From Octopus sinensis (lineage: Eukaryota), in assembly GCF_006345805.1 (NCBI RefSeq), contig NC_042998.1, positions 111,352,001 through 111,416,000 on the forward strand: 64,000 nucleotides of DNA, written 5' to 3'. Below are positions 11,588-24,874 of the stretch, in pieces; position 1 is the first letter of the stretch, and every line of letters starts with the position of its first letter. The notes below the pieces were generated by a model. The model did not search any database. It worked only from the letters and a program-made list of their open reading frames with translations, and was not told the DNA's origin. A program made the position numbers and the translations under genes.

Positions 11588-13607
11588 CCTTCAATGAAAT
11601 TAATATACAGCATCCTTCATACAGAAGCAATGCAAATATCAAGCAAACTCACTATAGCTGACTCAGTCAACTGCAGTCAACAAAAAGTTTACATTACATT
11701 TAGAGGCCATAAAAGAAACAAATTCAGCATCTTCAAAGTCAGGTCTTCTGAATAAAACAGCTAATAGATTTTTATTTCATAAAAATCACTAATTAAGTTC
11801 TACAAAAAAAATTAAAAGTAGAAAAATACTACTAGTAGAATAAACAGTTGTGTTTTTCTAAATTTTTATTTTCGATTAAACAGATCGGCAGTAAAAACAA
11901 ATGCAGTTATGTCTAATTTGTCATTGTTGATTTTTGCCATCTTATTACTAAGTACTTTATTCTATAAAGCCATGCAGTTCACATCCAAGCATTCAGCTCT
12001 ATTATCAAAGGAGTCCAAAGTTTTAGCGCAGTCTCCTCATTTGATATTTAACAATACCGAATACTGAATATGAATAGGAAACTCTAAATGTTTCCATAAT
12101 TAGCTATTATGACACACAAGTCTCTGATATCGATAGTCTATTTTTCTCGATTGGCCAAGAACAGATACAAACTAGCAATAGAAACTAAACTAGTATAGAA
12201 ATGATATATCAAATTTCACATTTAAAAGAGTCCTGTATAAAAATTTACATCCAAAATTTTTATGTATACTTAGGTTCCAACCACCGATCATATTATTTTT
12301 TTCTTTTAAATGCTATAGCAGTAAGCAAACATTAGCAGTCTCTCTGCTGACGAAGATATTTATCACCAAGCATTCGTCCTTTTTCACTTTACGATTCTTT
12401 TTCTCTAGTTTCAGCTCAGACCTGAGGCCATACTGATGCACCGTCATTAGCTTACAAGTCGTCCATCTATAAGCAACAAAATATCCAACACCAGGGAGAG
12501 AAACGTGACCTGTTTCAACCCAAGATGCATCAAATGTGTCATGACCAGCAAGATGAAGCAATTGCCCTTGTTAATCAGCAAACAAACATATTCATAAAGA
12601 GAAAACAATTTAGAAAATTATTCAAATTATCAACGAAAAGTTATATAAATACTTGCTAGTCAACAAACAATTGAATAAGAAAAATAATTTTGTCGTATGG
12701 CAACAGAATTCTTCAACGCAATACATACAAGCCAAATCAAATTTCACCATGATGTTTCCCGAATTTTAAAGGTTTCGGCATCAAAGTGAAGAAAGAAGAA
12801 TATGTAGAAGCGTTTAATTATCGTTATGTTTCCTTAATATTTCACTACGTAGAATATTCTTAGTTTGAGGACTTGCATTTTAGCAACAGTGAGAAACTTT
12901 TCCAGTAAGAGGAAATTGTATAATAACCTGTCGAACACATCTATGCTGAAAGAAAATAAGATTGGGAATGGGTGTAATAGTGACGGTTTAAAAAGCGCTA
13001 ATGCAGTGTTTATCGTAGAAAGGCTGCACTCTCTTTCCCCTTAGGTAGTCTTGTGAGAAATAAAAAAGAGGTAGACAAATTGTCGTGTTGAAAATAAAGT
13101 AATCTGAAACTTTCAAAACTTAACCACTACCAAGGTGAATAAATCAGTAATTATATGGAGACAAACTCTATTGCAATCAGTCCGAATATGCATGATGCTC
13201 GTTCGAACTGGGGAACAAGCTACTCACTGTGTTTTGTCACGAGGAATATATCTCGCTTGTTGACATATGGTGTGTATACACCTAGATCAGCTCGAAGCGC
13301 CATCTACCTGGACTGTGAGATGCTAACATTTCGGAGTAGTTATCTCTTTATTAGTCACAGATACTAAGCAGATGACACTATGAGCTGAATCAAGAGATTA
13401 CTTCTCTTATGCTTTTCCAGTCACTGTACGATGACTGGCAGCGCAATATGACGGCTCATCGTAAGGAGGAACGCTAGGTAGTGATAAGTGAAATTGCAAT
13501 GCTATTATCAGTTCGAATATGCTTGATGCACGTTCGAACTGGGGAACAAGTTGCTCACTTCTCGTTAATGAAGCGGGGCAGGAATTTATATATTTCGACG
13601 ATAGTAG

Positions 13608-13652
<45 letters not shown>

Positions 13653-15964
13653 GCTGCTGCTGCTGCTGCTGCAGCTGAGTGGAGGGAGAGTGTGGAAAGA
13701 CCGAGGGAATCTCATGCATTCTTTGATTTTGAATGTGGGTATCGTTATTCAGAAAACTGGAGAGGAGATAATTTAAAAAGTTGAAACTTTTATGGAAAAT
13801 ATTTTTCAGCAGTGTAATTTCCGTACATTTTGTAATGTTTTCTTTCCTGTTATAAGACATTAGTAGTGGAGTAAGAGAAATTAAGGTGTTGTGTCTAGCA
13901 TATCAAGTAACACCATTGAGGCCTCCGGCTGGTTCAGCAAGTCTCTGTATATAAATGAGTGAGTTTAGAAACCTCCAAGAGGTGGGTGTTAGTATTTTGA
14001 AAGCAAGATGGGGGTATTTTGAAAGGAGAGGAAATTTTAAAAAACATTAAATCTTGAGAAACTGACACACCAGTCTAAAAATATATAAGAGTGATCCTTT
14101 TAATCTTGCCCACTTCCTACTTAGGCCGTTGTTGTAGAATTTAAGGAAGGTCTCAGGGATGCTAGTCCTCACAATTTACCGTCTCTTCGTGTCATCCTAC
14201 CATAAATATGAAAAACATAAATGTCCAAAGTTTGAGAAGCCATACCTGCTATCGTTTCTACAGTGTTCATCTGATTCTGTACCATCTTTTGTCTATTGCT
14301 GATTTTAGTTTAGTTTGTTTGAGAGGCTATAATAATTGCTATGGCACCGACTTTTGCCATAAAACCCCATTTTACAAACTTCAAATCGTTCGCCTATTTT
14401 AAAAACCTATTTAAATTATGAGCCAATGAATTGGGAAACTTCTCTATGGCTGCTTGATAGATATACAAACCAGCCCCCTTCTAATCACTCTCTTACACGG
14501 TTCAATATATTTATATATTATACATTAAGCGTAAAATAAAGGCGGGATAATTACAGCTTGAAAGTCTTTTTTCAAGAGTTTTTCTATGACTAAACAACGA
14601 AAGGCAACAACTCTTTAAATCAAGTAAAAGGAAGATGTACCCTAAACAGTATCTTGACATAAAGACACTTAGAAAAGATATTTTCCTGAAGTCAACCAGG
14701 AATATTTTTATTAGATATAGAGAAAGATAGATACGTATTTAGACTTTAACATTTCATATTCTTCAATGATCGGTCAGCTCTGTTGATCGGTTATGGTTGA
14801 ATGCTACCAGTAGTTTACATGAAATGAAAAATATAGATATCATAAATGAAAGTTATACGGATGTGATTGATCTCGGAATGAAATCTGCGTCGTAAACTTC
14901 GTTCGGCAAGTGTTTCTTTCCGTCTTTTCCGCACTCACAGGATTTTCATATTTTTCAGCTTTATTGAAGACAACCGAGATATCTGAGAGGTGATATGATA
15001 ATATTCATACGATATCACTGACGTTGTTATATCTCTATAGCAAGACACATAAAACTTGGCAGATAAGTTTATCAAACTTAAGTTAAATAGAATATACAAC
15101 ACTACCACTAAAATTTCATTAGTAACTCTGGTTTGCAGTATAGTTGCTAATCAACTGTTCCCGCAGGAATGTAACTCTTGTTATAACCATGAGCCCTAAC
15201 TCGAGTAAGATTGATTCATCATTCATTTAACACTGGGGAAACTAAAGACTCGCTTTACTTCTATACATCCTTGTGATTCAGTAAAGGATTAGTTATTTAT
15301 TTCTTTATCTCAAAGGAGTAAATGGATGATGATTAATATTTTATGTTTCAATCGTTGTTTATTGTTCTCATTGCTTTGTTTGAACTGTTTGCAGTTTAAC
15401 TAAACAGCCAATGTATTTTTGTTATTGTTCTAACATAGAAAAGGAGACTTAACATGCACTTAACGATATTTATCTCTGCCTTATTTAAGATTAATATATA
15501 CATTACTGGTGTATTACTTGTCATTTTTCTCGATTTTTGCTTAATATTCTACCATATCACAAACATGGTTTTGTTATTCTGATAAACATGTTACCTTTTA
15601 TTGTTACTTTCGCTTTCATCAGAAAAATACAGTTGCTTTTATGTTATCATAAACTATAGTGTCCTTTCCTTTCAGTGTTTACCGATTTCTTTCTACCATT
15701 CTTTTGATAGGTTTCTTTACTAAAGAGCATTAAATGTGTTTGATGTTCCTATATGTTAGCGAAAACGTTATTTTAACAGGAGATATTTTACAGTTTCATT
15801 TAGGTTACTCCCAGTAAGTATGTTCAATACTTGCATCTGTTATCTTTACATTTCGTCCCTATGAATATATCAGTTTATATACCCTAGCGTCAGTTTAAAT
15901 CAAGTATAAATTCCAGATCTTTTCACTTATATAAAGGACCCTTAGTCTAGCACTTTCCCAACTG

Positions 15965-16150
15965 ACCTGTTTCTGAAAGGGAGAGCCTTAGCATGATTGC
16001 TCAGACTACTAGAAATAGCAGCAATGTCCTTTTAAATTATACCCGCAGTACTATCATTAAAAAGGAAATTCATGTGGAACAATGTAGTTCTAAATATTCA
16101 AATGGGAGGCAATCATGATGGAAGTGGGACTAAGCAACAGCAATAGCAAC
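15965..16150 (+). mobile_element. Third interspersed family (CTAGAAATAGCAGC core, AAC-repeat tail); degraded copies also near 3470, 4080, 9370, 21870, 23790, 30820, 32000, 37520, 38150 and 55260
   Basis: Recurrent CTAGAAATAGCAGCCAAATCTCCCTCAAAT-like and GTTGACCTGGGGCTAAACAACAAC-like blocks. Confidence 0.55.
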
Positions 16151-16289
16151 ATAAAAGGCATTACAGTTCACGTAAGTAATTCTTTATTATCATATTTTGT
16201 ACATTGGTAGCTTTGTCTTCAAAGGTCTCATGAATTCAATGATTTATCATAGTTTTGTATGGACAATGATTGCCCAACCCTAAATGCAG

Positions 16290-16525
16290 TTAATCTTGTG
16301 TTCCCAGAATTTTCGAGCGTGGCGGGCTACTCGAGCTGAAGAAAATTCTAACTGCGCCCCCACCCCCACCCCCACATCAAGGTCATGTGTTGTCTATCTC
16401 AATATGAGATCACCACATGATCTCATATCGTGGTTGTGATGCAAATGCCTGGTATATCCTTATCGGACGGGTAGTCATAATGGGCAAATTGAGCTTCGTA
16501 CATTTGTACCCAGTGTCACTTTGCT
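16290..16525 (+). mobile_element. Partial, diverged copy of the 542-bp TAA-associated element
   Basis: Aligns to about 46280-46480 (GAAGAAAATTCTAACTG..CAAGGTCATGTG..CCCAGTGTCACTTTG). Confidence 0.75.
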
Positions 16526-17288
16526 GGCATGCACTGATGAAAGAAACCTTAAAAAAAGAGACTGAGAGCAATATATTGGCAGCGCAGGATCAAGCTTTGG
16601 CCACGAACTGGAGGGTCGACCTTAGGAATGATCAAGTGTCTCGGCTGTGACGCATCTGCAATATAGTCGGTGAAATCATTGCCCTTATAACAAACGAATG
16701 TACCACAGTTACCCAAAACCACTACAAGTTGTGGTGACACGACTAGGTAACGAAAGTACTACATTGGAAACTGTGCGAAAAGCGGGGGCTAGAGAGAGAC
16801 AAGACGTGGTATGAGCACGAACCTCAGAGAGTGGTGGAGTCGCAGACAAACAAAATTCTCTGGGATTTCCCAATCCAAACAGATTAGGTGCTAGAGCATA
16901 GCATGCAGACCTAGTGGTCGTGGGCAAGATGCACCACATATGCTATATAGCTGATGTTGCATACCACTTTCACCCACGAATAGTCAAGAAGGAAGGCAGA
17001 AATATAGATACAACCCCCTTAAGTACAAAATAGCCCGGCTATGGAAAATGAAGAAAGTGAAGATAGTGCCAATTATCCGAAGGCATCAAGAATAATATAA
17101 AGAAAATTGGAATAGAGTGCCCAGTAGAACTGTTACAAAAGGTTTTCTCCTTAGCATAACCAGAATAATCGGGAAAGTATTAGATAGCTGAAAAGAACGA
17201 ATAGCATGATACCGTAGGCAACAGGTAGTAAGCTCGCTACGCCTGCAAGACTCCAGGAGCTCCAACAAAACATGTGCTAAAGAGAAAC
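16520..17288 (+). mobile_element. R4/Dong-clade non-LTR retrotransposon, subfamily B, decayed 3' part
   Basis: LKKETESNILAAQDQALATNW..RICN..HD..LHWKLCEKRGL..WYEHEPQRVVE..ILWDFPIQTD, with stops and frameshifts. Ends at (TAA)n. Confidence 0.85.
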
Positions 17289-17340
<52 letters not shown>

Positions 17341-17411
17341 TAATAATAATAATAATAACAATAATAATAATAGTAATAATAGTGATAATAGTGATGATGA
17401 TGATGATGATG

Positions 17412-17482
<71 letters not shown>

Positions 17483-17483
<1 letters not shown>

Positions 17484-17809
17484 TCATAGCCATGTGTTGA
17501 GAGGGATTCTTTGGGGTTTGAATAATTCACCTCTGGAAACATGGGTGGTTCTTTCAACATCCTTAAACAACCCTTATTCAAGGACCTTTTGAGCGAGATG
17601 GGCTACTCAGCCTGAAGAAATTTCTAACTGGGCCCCACCTGCAAGGTCATGTGCTGTTTATCTTGATATGAGATCACCATGTCGCGCACATATGGTTGTG
17701 ATGCATGTGCCTAGTGTACCCTTATCAGACGGGTAGTCATGATGGGTATATTGGGCTTCGTATATTTTACCCCAGTGTCACTTTGATGGCATGAACTGCT
17801 CTCTCACTC
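17483..17809 (+). mobile_element. 542-bp TAA-associated element, 5'-truncated copy
   Basis: Matches the right ~320 bp of 45951-46492, ends CTCTCTCACTC|AATAAT, and is flanked by AAT repeats. Confidence 0.85.
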
Positions 17810-17827
17810 AATAATAATAATAATAAT

Positions 17828-17858
17828 CACTTTGATGGCATGCACTGCTCTCTCACTC
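17828..17858 (+). mobile_element. 31-bp extreme 3' end of the same element
   Basis: CACTTTGATGGCATGCACTGCTCTCTCACTC between AAT repeats. Differs by one base (GCACT vs GAACT) from the adjacent copy. Confidence 0.8.
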
Positions 17859-17898
<40 letters not shown>

Positions 17899-17902
<4 letters not shown>

Positions 17903-18125
17903 GAGAGGTTTGATTAGTTTCCAGGACTAAATGTTGTGGATCCATTTTTGAAGCATGCGAAGAAGGCCGACGTCATCAAAAATGAAAATTGTGTAAAGAA
18001 AGAAAAATTGAAATAAGAAGTGAGCAGAAAAAAAGAAAGAGCGCATGGAATGAAGAAAAATGTACGGTCAGTTTGCAAGAGATGTGAACGCCAAGACGGA
18101 TACAGAGAACCGCTGGCTACATGAG
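17899..18125 (+). mobile_element. R4/Dong-clade fragment (region just upstream of the zinc knuckle)
   Basis: RGLISFQD..DPFLKHAKK..MYGQFARDVNAKTDTENRWL, with frameshifts. Follows (AAT)n. Confidence 0.6.
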
Positions 18126-18796
18126 GAGGAGTGTCGGTCTTTTAATAGTTTCTTTAAAGGAAAGAGTCCTCCCCAAGAATGAAGTATCTCCGAATATCTT
18201 TCTAACAACCTTAAATGACAGTAAACATTTAACATTTCTTATAACTAGAAAAAGTGTCACGTGATACCTGACTCACTTCTCATTAACAAACACTTTGACT
18301 TTCGAACGCATAATTTATTATTCAATATCTATTGATCTCTGCAGGAAACCTCAAGTTTAGAATATTATGAAGATTGCTTTGAAGTGACTTTTCTTTCTTT
18401 GCGGATAATTACTTTTGTTCTATAAGGTATCCTATGGCTGCTGTTACAATTCTACAAAGTCCACATAGGTTTAGTTCTTTTATGTACATGGCAAATCTTC
18501 TACGATCATTATAATTCTAGAACCCATAGGCATCCACTTGGTTGATCGACAAGGCAGATAGAAACCTTAATTCAGTTCCATTCTCTTTGTCTCTCTCTCC
18601 CTCTATCTATCTCTGCCTCTCTCCCTCTCTATCTCTATCTCTCTATCTCTTTCCCTCTCTGACTATCTATCTCTATCTCTCTATCTCCATCTATCTATCT
18701 ACCTATCTATCTCACAGACACGCGCGCGAACATGTACACATCTGTGTGTACATATACGTGCATATACATATACACACAAACTCACACATGCATCAA

Positions 18797-18886
<90 letters not shown>

Positions 18887-18889
<3 letters not shown>

Positions 18890-19238
18890 AAAACGAGATG
18901 ACAAAGGAAAAAACGGTTATATAATAAATTCCGTTAGCTTACAACTGTTTCCACTTTCAGATGCATGGACTTATTGTTGAGGGCCTGAATAACATTTTGG
19001 ATATGCACTTTTTTATAAGCATCAGTACTTTCTCACTGGTAATGCATTCCCTATATATTGTACAAATGTAATTCGTTTCCCCAAATAAATTGCACTTCAT
19101 ATTCGACGCTCCAATGCAGCTATAGGATGTTATTCAGGCACTCAACTACGAGTCCACTACATCTTATAACTGAAACAGCTGTAAGCTAATGAAGTTCATA
19201 ACACAGCAGTTTTTCTTCCTTTGTCTTCTTATTTTCTT
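18887..19238. mobile_element. Element with imperfect inverted arms (~110 bp) abutting (TA)n
   Basis: Left AAGAAAACGAGATGACAAAGG..TTAGCTTACAACTGTTTC; right GAAACAGCTGTAAGCTAATG..CCTTTGTCTTCTTATTTTCTT. Confidence 0.65.
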
Positions 19239-19242
19239 ACTA

Positions 19243-19645
19243 GGCGTAGGAGTGGTTGTGTGGTAAGTAGCTCGCTTACGAACCACATGGTTCCAGGTTC
19301 AGTCCCACCGCGTGGCACTTTGGGCAAGTGTCTTCTACTATAGCCTCGGGCCGACCAAAGCCTTGTGAGTGGATTTGGTAGACGGAAACTGAAAGAAGCC
19401 CATCGTATATATGTATATGTGTCTGTGTGTGTGTGTGTGTGTTTGTGTGTCTGTGTTTGTCCCTCTAACATCGCTTGACAACCGATGCTGGTGTGTTTAC
19501 GTTCCCGATAGAGAGAGACCGATAGAATAAGTACTAGGCTTACAAAGAATAAGTCCTGGGGTCGATTTGCTCGATTAAAGGCGGTGCTCCAGCATGGCTA
19601 CAGTCAAATGACTGAAACAAGTAAAAGAGTAAAAGAATAAAAGAG
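19243..19645 (+). mobile_element. tRNA-derived SINE family 2, near full length
   Basis: A-box-like GTGGTTGTGTGGTAAG, B-box-like GGTTCAGTCCC, TTGGGCAAGTGTCTT core, internal (GT)n, and tail GGCGGTGCTCCAGCATGG..AAGTAAAAGAG repeats. Confidence 0.85.
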
Positions 19646-20256
19646 TGAAATCCGTGGAAATTCTAAAGAACGAAAAAGATTAACAGAAGCTATTTAAGAA
19701 AGAAAGGATGATTTGCATTTTTATTTTTGATTTGCTAAGTTATTTCACTTCCAGTTATAACAATATTGTATATTATGATGTTAAAATTTCCCTCTGCTAA
19801 GCTCTTTATATTTCTCTCTTTCTCTCTATCTCTTCAATAAACGTTTTAACCATGTAATTCCCTTTTCGTGACTTTAGCATTTTCCCCTTTCTCTTAATCT
19901 CTCGCTTCTACTAAGCATATGAGAGACAGCATAATGTATCGGTTGGTTATCTGCTCTGTCTCTCACTCACATATTTCCTCTTTCTCTCTCACTTTCCTTT
20001 TCCGCCTCCTCCTCCTCCTTTCTAATAAACTAAAGCGTAAAGTCTGAACGAACAGGTAGAAGAATACTATTATAAATATAATAAAAAAAAAACTTTTTTT
20101 TTTCACTATCAGTAAACCATCATCATTACTATAGTTTTCAGTAACGAAGCTCATTTCGTTTAATTTCAGCTATTTGGTTATACCCACTTTTTCTTGCTGT
20201 CGATGTATCTATGCTATATATGCTATCCCTCTCTATCTCTCTTTCTTTCTCTCTCT

Positions 20257-20326
<70 letters not shown>

Positions 20327-20867
20327 TGTAACTGCCTACCCCGTCCATCTCTCTCGATCTCCTTTTCTTTAACCTTACCACCAAAACATCACCCTCTGCT
20401 AAATATTATATCCTACACATATCTCTTCCTCTTTACTTTTCCCTTCCCACCTTACTACACATCGTTAACACTTTTCTCTCCCTCATTTTCTCTCTTTCTT
20501 CGACACTCCCTTCAACTAACCACGTGACGCATTTAGCCTTAGTATACATCTTTCTCTACTTCTTCATTTTCCCTCTCTTCTCTCTCTCTCTCTCTCTCTC
20601 TCTTTCCCTCTCTCCCACTCTCATTTTTACTCCACTTCTCACTCACTCAACCTCCACCTCTCTTACTAAGTAAAGTATAATGGGTGAACGAACAAATAGA
20701 TTATTAATTGCCGCTTTATATACGTCTAACACTTCGTTCTGAAGCCTAAGTGTATTGAGTTCTACACCAGGTTATTAGTCTCGCAATGCCTAAGCTAAAT
20801 ATACATATATATATGTAAATGTAAGTATATAAGTGTGTGTGTATGTTTGTAGGTATGTATGTATGTG

Positions 20868-20908
<41 letters not shown>

Positions 20909-20957
20909 ATATGTATGTATATGTATATGTGTATATATATATATATTATATATATAT

Positions 20958-21003
<46 letters not shown>

Positions 21004-21010
<7 letters not shown>

Positions 21011-21703
21011 TAATTAAGGGCTAAAGAGGGTTATTCTAAAGCCAATACACTGATTTATCCACTTATAATCCGCTTGCTACAAGAGAATTGAAACTGAAAA
21101 CGGGCAACTAACCTTTAGAAAATTTAAATTTCGTTATCTCTATATTGAATCAATTTCGGAATTAATCTTATAAAAGATATATTCTTTCTTCTGTAGAGCT
21201 TTCGATGGGATATAAATAAAATACTCACGTATGATCATGGAAAAATCACAAGCTAAAAACATAACTACACTTGAGTACATCACTTATATCTAAAAATAAA
21301 AATTCTTTGGTCAGCCTCAGAAACAACGTCTTGAACTTTCGCCGCTACAAATTGTAATGGTTACCGGTCCTCCCGTAGCAAGCAGCGAGTTTACTACTAA
21401 CAATATTTATTTTTAGATATAAGTGATGTACTCAAGTGTAGTTATGTTTTTAGCTTGTGCTTTTTCCATGATCATACGTGAGTATTTTATTTATATCCCA
21501 TCGAAAGCTCTACTGAAGAAAGAATATATCTTTTATAAGATTAATTCCGAACTTGATTCAATATAGAGATAACGAAATTTAAATTTTCTAAAGGTTAGTT
21601 GCCCGTTTTCAGTTTCAATTCTCCTGTAGCAAGCAGATTATAAGTGGATAAATCAGTGTATTTGGCTTTAGAATAACCCTCTTTAGCCCTTAATTATATG
21701 ATG
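21004..21703. mobile_element. Foldback/MITE-like element: ~296-bp near-perfect inverted arms with a ~105-bp spacer
   Basis: CATCATATAATTAAGGGCTAAAGAGGG... at 21004 and its reverse complement ending at 21703. Only a handful of differences between the arms. Confidence 0.9.
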
Positions 21704-21805
21704 TTTATACTTCAACCGTAACGGGTTTTTTTTAATATACTGCCCACGCTTCCTGATGGATTCCTTTTCTGTAGAGAAAGGGACTTCATCCTATATTGTT
21801 AGTAG

Positions 21806-21843
<38 letters not shown>

Positions 21844-23080
21844 TTATAATTAAGAGTATCTAAAAGATATCACCATGCTAGAAATAGCAGTCAAAGCTTG
21901 ACTCTAAAACAACATCTAGTATTCATACAGTACCAGGAGAAAAGACAAAGAGATAAATACACTAGCAAAAAATTATTGGATATTCCCAGATCCGGATTTC
22001 TGGCTCTGTATGAAAATATACTCTGCCTTTAATATGGAGGCAACCTGGGTCAACTTAACATCCGCATCTTATCCAAGCACCCAAAAGACCCAACACTCAG
22101 ACAAATACGAGAGTACATCCTTATAAATGAAACTTCCCCAATACTAAATAGGAAATATACATAGTAGATATCATACCCCCATACTCACAGTTTACACAGG
22201 TAGAGTAGAATAGTTAGTGGGCTGTTATGTAGATAGATGTATGTGTATATGCACATGTATGTAAGCATATGGATATGAAAATAAAAAGATCAACATACAG
22301 ACGGAGAGGTACATAGGCTATATGAACAGACAAGCACACATACGCAAATGGAGACTGAAACACATGATCATATATACACACACACTTTACTTCACACAAG
22401 GACACATCGAGACACGTGTCCACACATATGGAGATGCACATCCAAACATACAAACATGGTACATAGTTGCAAATAACACACACACACATTCAGACATGCA
22501 CACACAAAGAGACAGAGGTGCATACATATACAAGCACACACACTCACACACATACATAAGAAACACACAAACACGGACATGCAAGCACATGAATATGCAG
22601 AATACATACATACAGATGCACACACATACATACATATATACATATGCATACACACAAATATACATACACGCACATGCATATATACATACATGCATGCATG
22701 CATAGGCACATACACACACACACACACACTGTCCCACACACATGCGCACAAGCAAACAAAAAGGAACGCAGTATAAATAACGGATATATGTACATATACA
22801 CATATAAATATACATACACACCACACACACACACACATCTATCTACATAACAGCCCATTAACTATTGAAAAAGTTGCAAGACACAACTAAAATTTTAGAA
22901 AAATAAAAATAAGAAATAAGTGGAAATTTTACTGGTGAGTGTGTTATATTATAAGGCATAAAAAGAAAATGACTCTCTCCAGACACAGGAAAATATGCTT
23001 CAACACATGAACTCACATAAAGAATCTTGCAAGCCAAATCCCAAAATTATATATACATATATATATACATATATAATATA

Positions 23081-23152
<72 letters not shown>

Positions 23153-23457
23153 GACTGCTTTCCACCACTTTGATCTGTTTTTTGTATTGAATACGTATCG
23201 CCACCGTGGGCCACTGCATCGAACACTTTGAACATATAGCATGAATGAACTTACTTCAAACTATATTTGAACTTTAAGATGTCTGACTCCGTTGTGTATT
23301 GTAAATGAATTTCTTGTGTTTGACGGCATGAGCTGTCTTTTTTTATATATAACATTTTTGATAAGGTTCATTTCAGGAACTGAAACATGTTATAATGTAT
23401 ATATAAAAATTTAAAATTGTATAATATAGCAGCATTTTCGAACTTCATTTTTTACAA

Positions 23458-23488
<31 letters not shown>

Positions 23489-24244
23489 ATATAGATATAT
23501 ATATATATATATATTATATATACAATATACGTATATTTACATATACGCACGTATACATACATATATATATACGAATAAACACGACCGGTTTAATTGGCCG
23601 TCTAAACTTCACGTGCTATATGGTCAAAATACCACCGCAGTGAATATATTGACGAAGTAAATATATAAATTTTTATATAAATATGGATAAGATCCTTAAT
23701 TGAGATACCGATCATATCAGGTGGCCAGCATAGGAATAAAAACCTTATAGGTATTAATCATTATTAAAATTATAATTAAGGGTTTCTAAGAGATACCACC
23801 ATGCTAGAGATAACTATCAAAACTTGACTCTAAAACCATATCATCTATTCATACAGCAACAGGTGAAAAGACAAATAGACAAACTAGCAAAAATATAATT
23901 GGATAAACCCAGTTCCGGATTTCTGGCTCTGTATAAAAATATACTCTGCCTCATCAGTGGGATATACACAGATAGAACATAATTACAAATGTATATATAT
24001 ACAGCACACGAATACTTACATATACGCACGTATACATACATATATATGTACGTATATACACGACCGATTTAATTAGCCGTCTAAACTCCACGTGCTATAT
24101 GGTCAAAAAGGTTTTTATTCCCATGCTGGCCAATTGATATAATCAGTATTTTAAATAACGATATTATCCTTATTTATATAAATACATACAAACATATATA
24201 TATAAATACACACACACACACATACATATACATATGTATATATA

Positions 24245-24759
24245 TCTATAAATATAAAACTCAAATTGTGTGTCTGTGTGTGTATCTGTGTGTGTGTCTG
24301 TGTGTTTAACTTCCCGGCACATCTCCTCCTAGCCAATAAATCGTAGAACCACCAAAAATGGGTCACTTAAAGTTTAGGCGAATGAAAATTGAACTGCGCT
24401 ATTTCTGTTCCGAAATTCACCTCGCAAGTGCAAAAATCGATAGTGTGTTTGTTTAGGCCTTATCCCATGCATTGAATAGTGAACTTTACTCAGTCAGCTG
24501 TTTGACGTGAACTGTGTTCACCACGCATGCAAGCATGCGTAAATTGGATGAAAAATAAAATATCAAGATATAAAAACGAATCGCCGTAAACATTGTAGAA
24601 ATTCGGCAAAGAAATATATTTTCGGGATGTAGCCTGGAGGGTTTTTTCGTATTAATCGTTTGGACTTTGTGAACACAAAGAGAATAACAAGCTACATAAT
24701 GCAAAATTTTTACTTTTCAAAAATTCCAATTCTAAAGCAACGCCGGGTGATACTGCTAG
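24245..24759 (+). mobile_element. Non-autonomous Helitron-like element
   Basis: A|TCTATAAATATAAAA 5' end, internal (GT/CTGT)n, and 3' GCAACGCCGGGTGATACTGCTAG|T. TC...CTAG termini at an A|T site with no TSD. Confidence 0.7.
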
Positions 24760-24769
24760 TATATATATA

Positions 24770-24874
<105 letters not shown>

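Noticed and set aside
12415-12660. C2H2 zinc-finger remnant (..IQHQGEK..)
   Set aside because: No Cys-X2-Cys or His-X3-His spacing.
21004-21015. Adenovirus/Polinton-like terminus (CATCATATAAT)
   Set aside because: The match is too short and AT-rich, and there are no viral ORFs.
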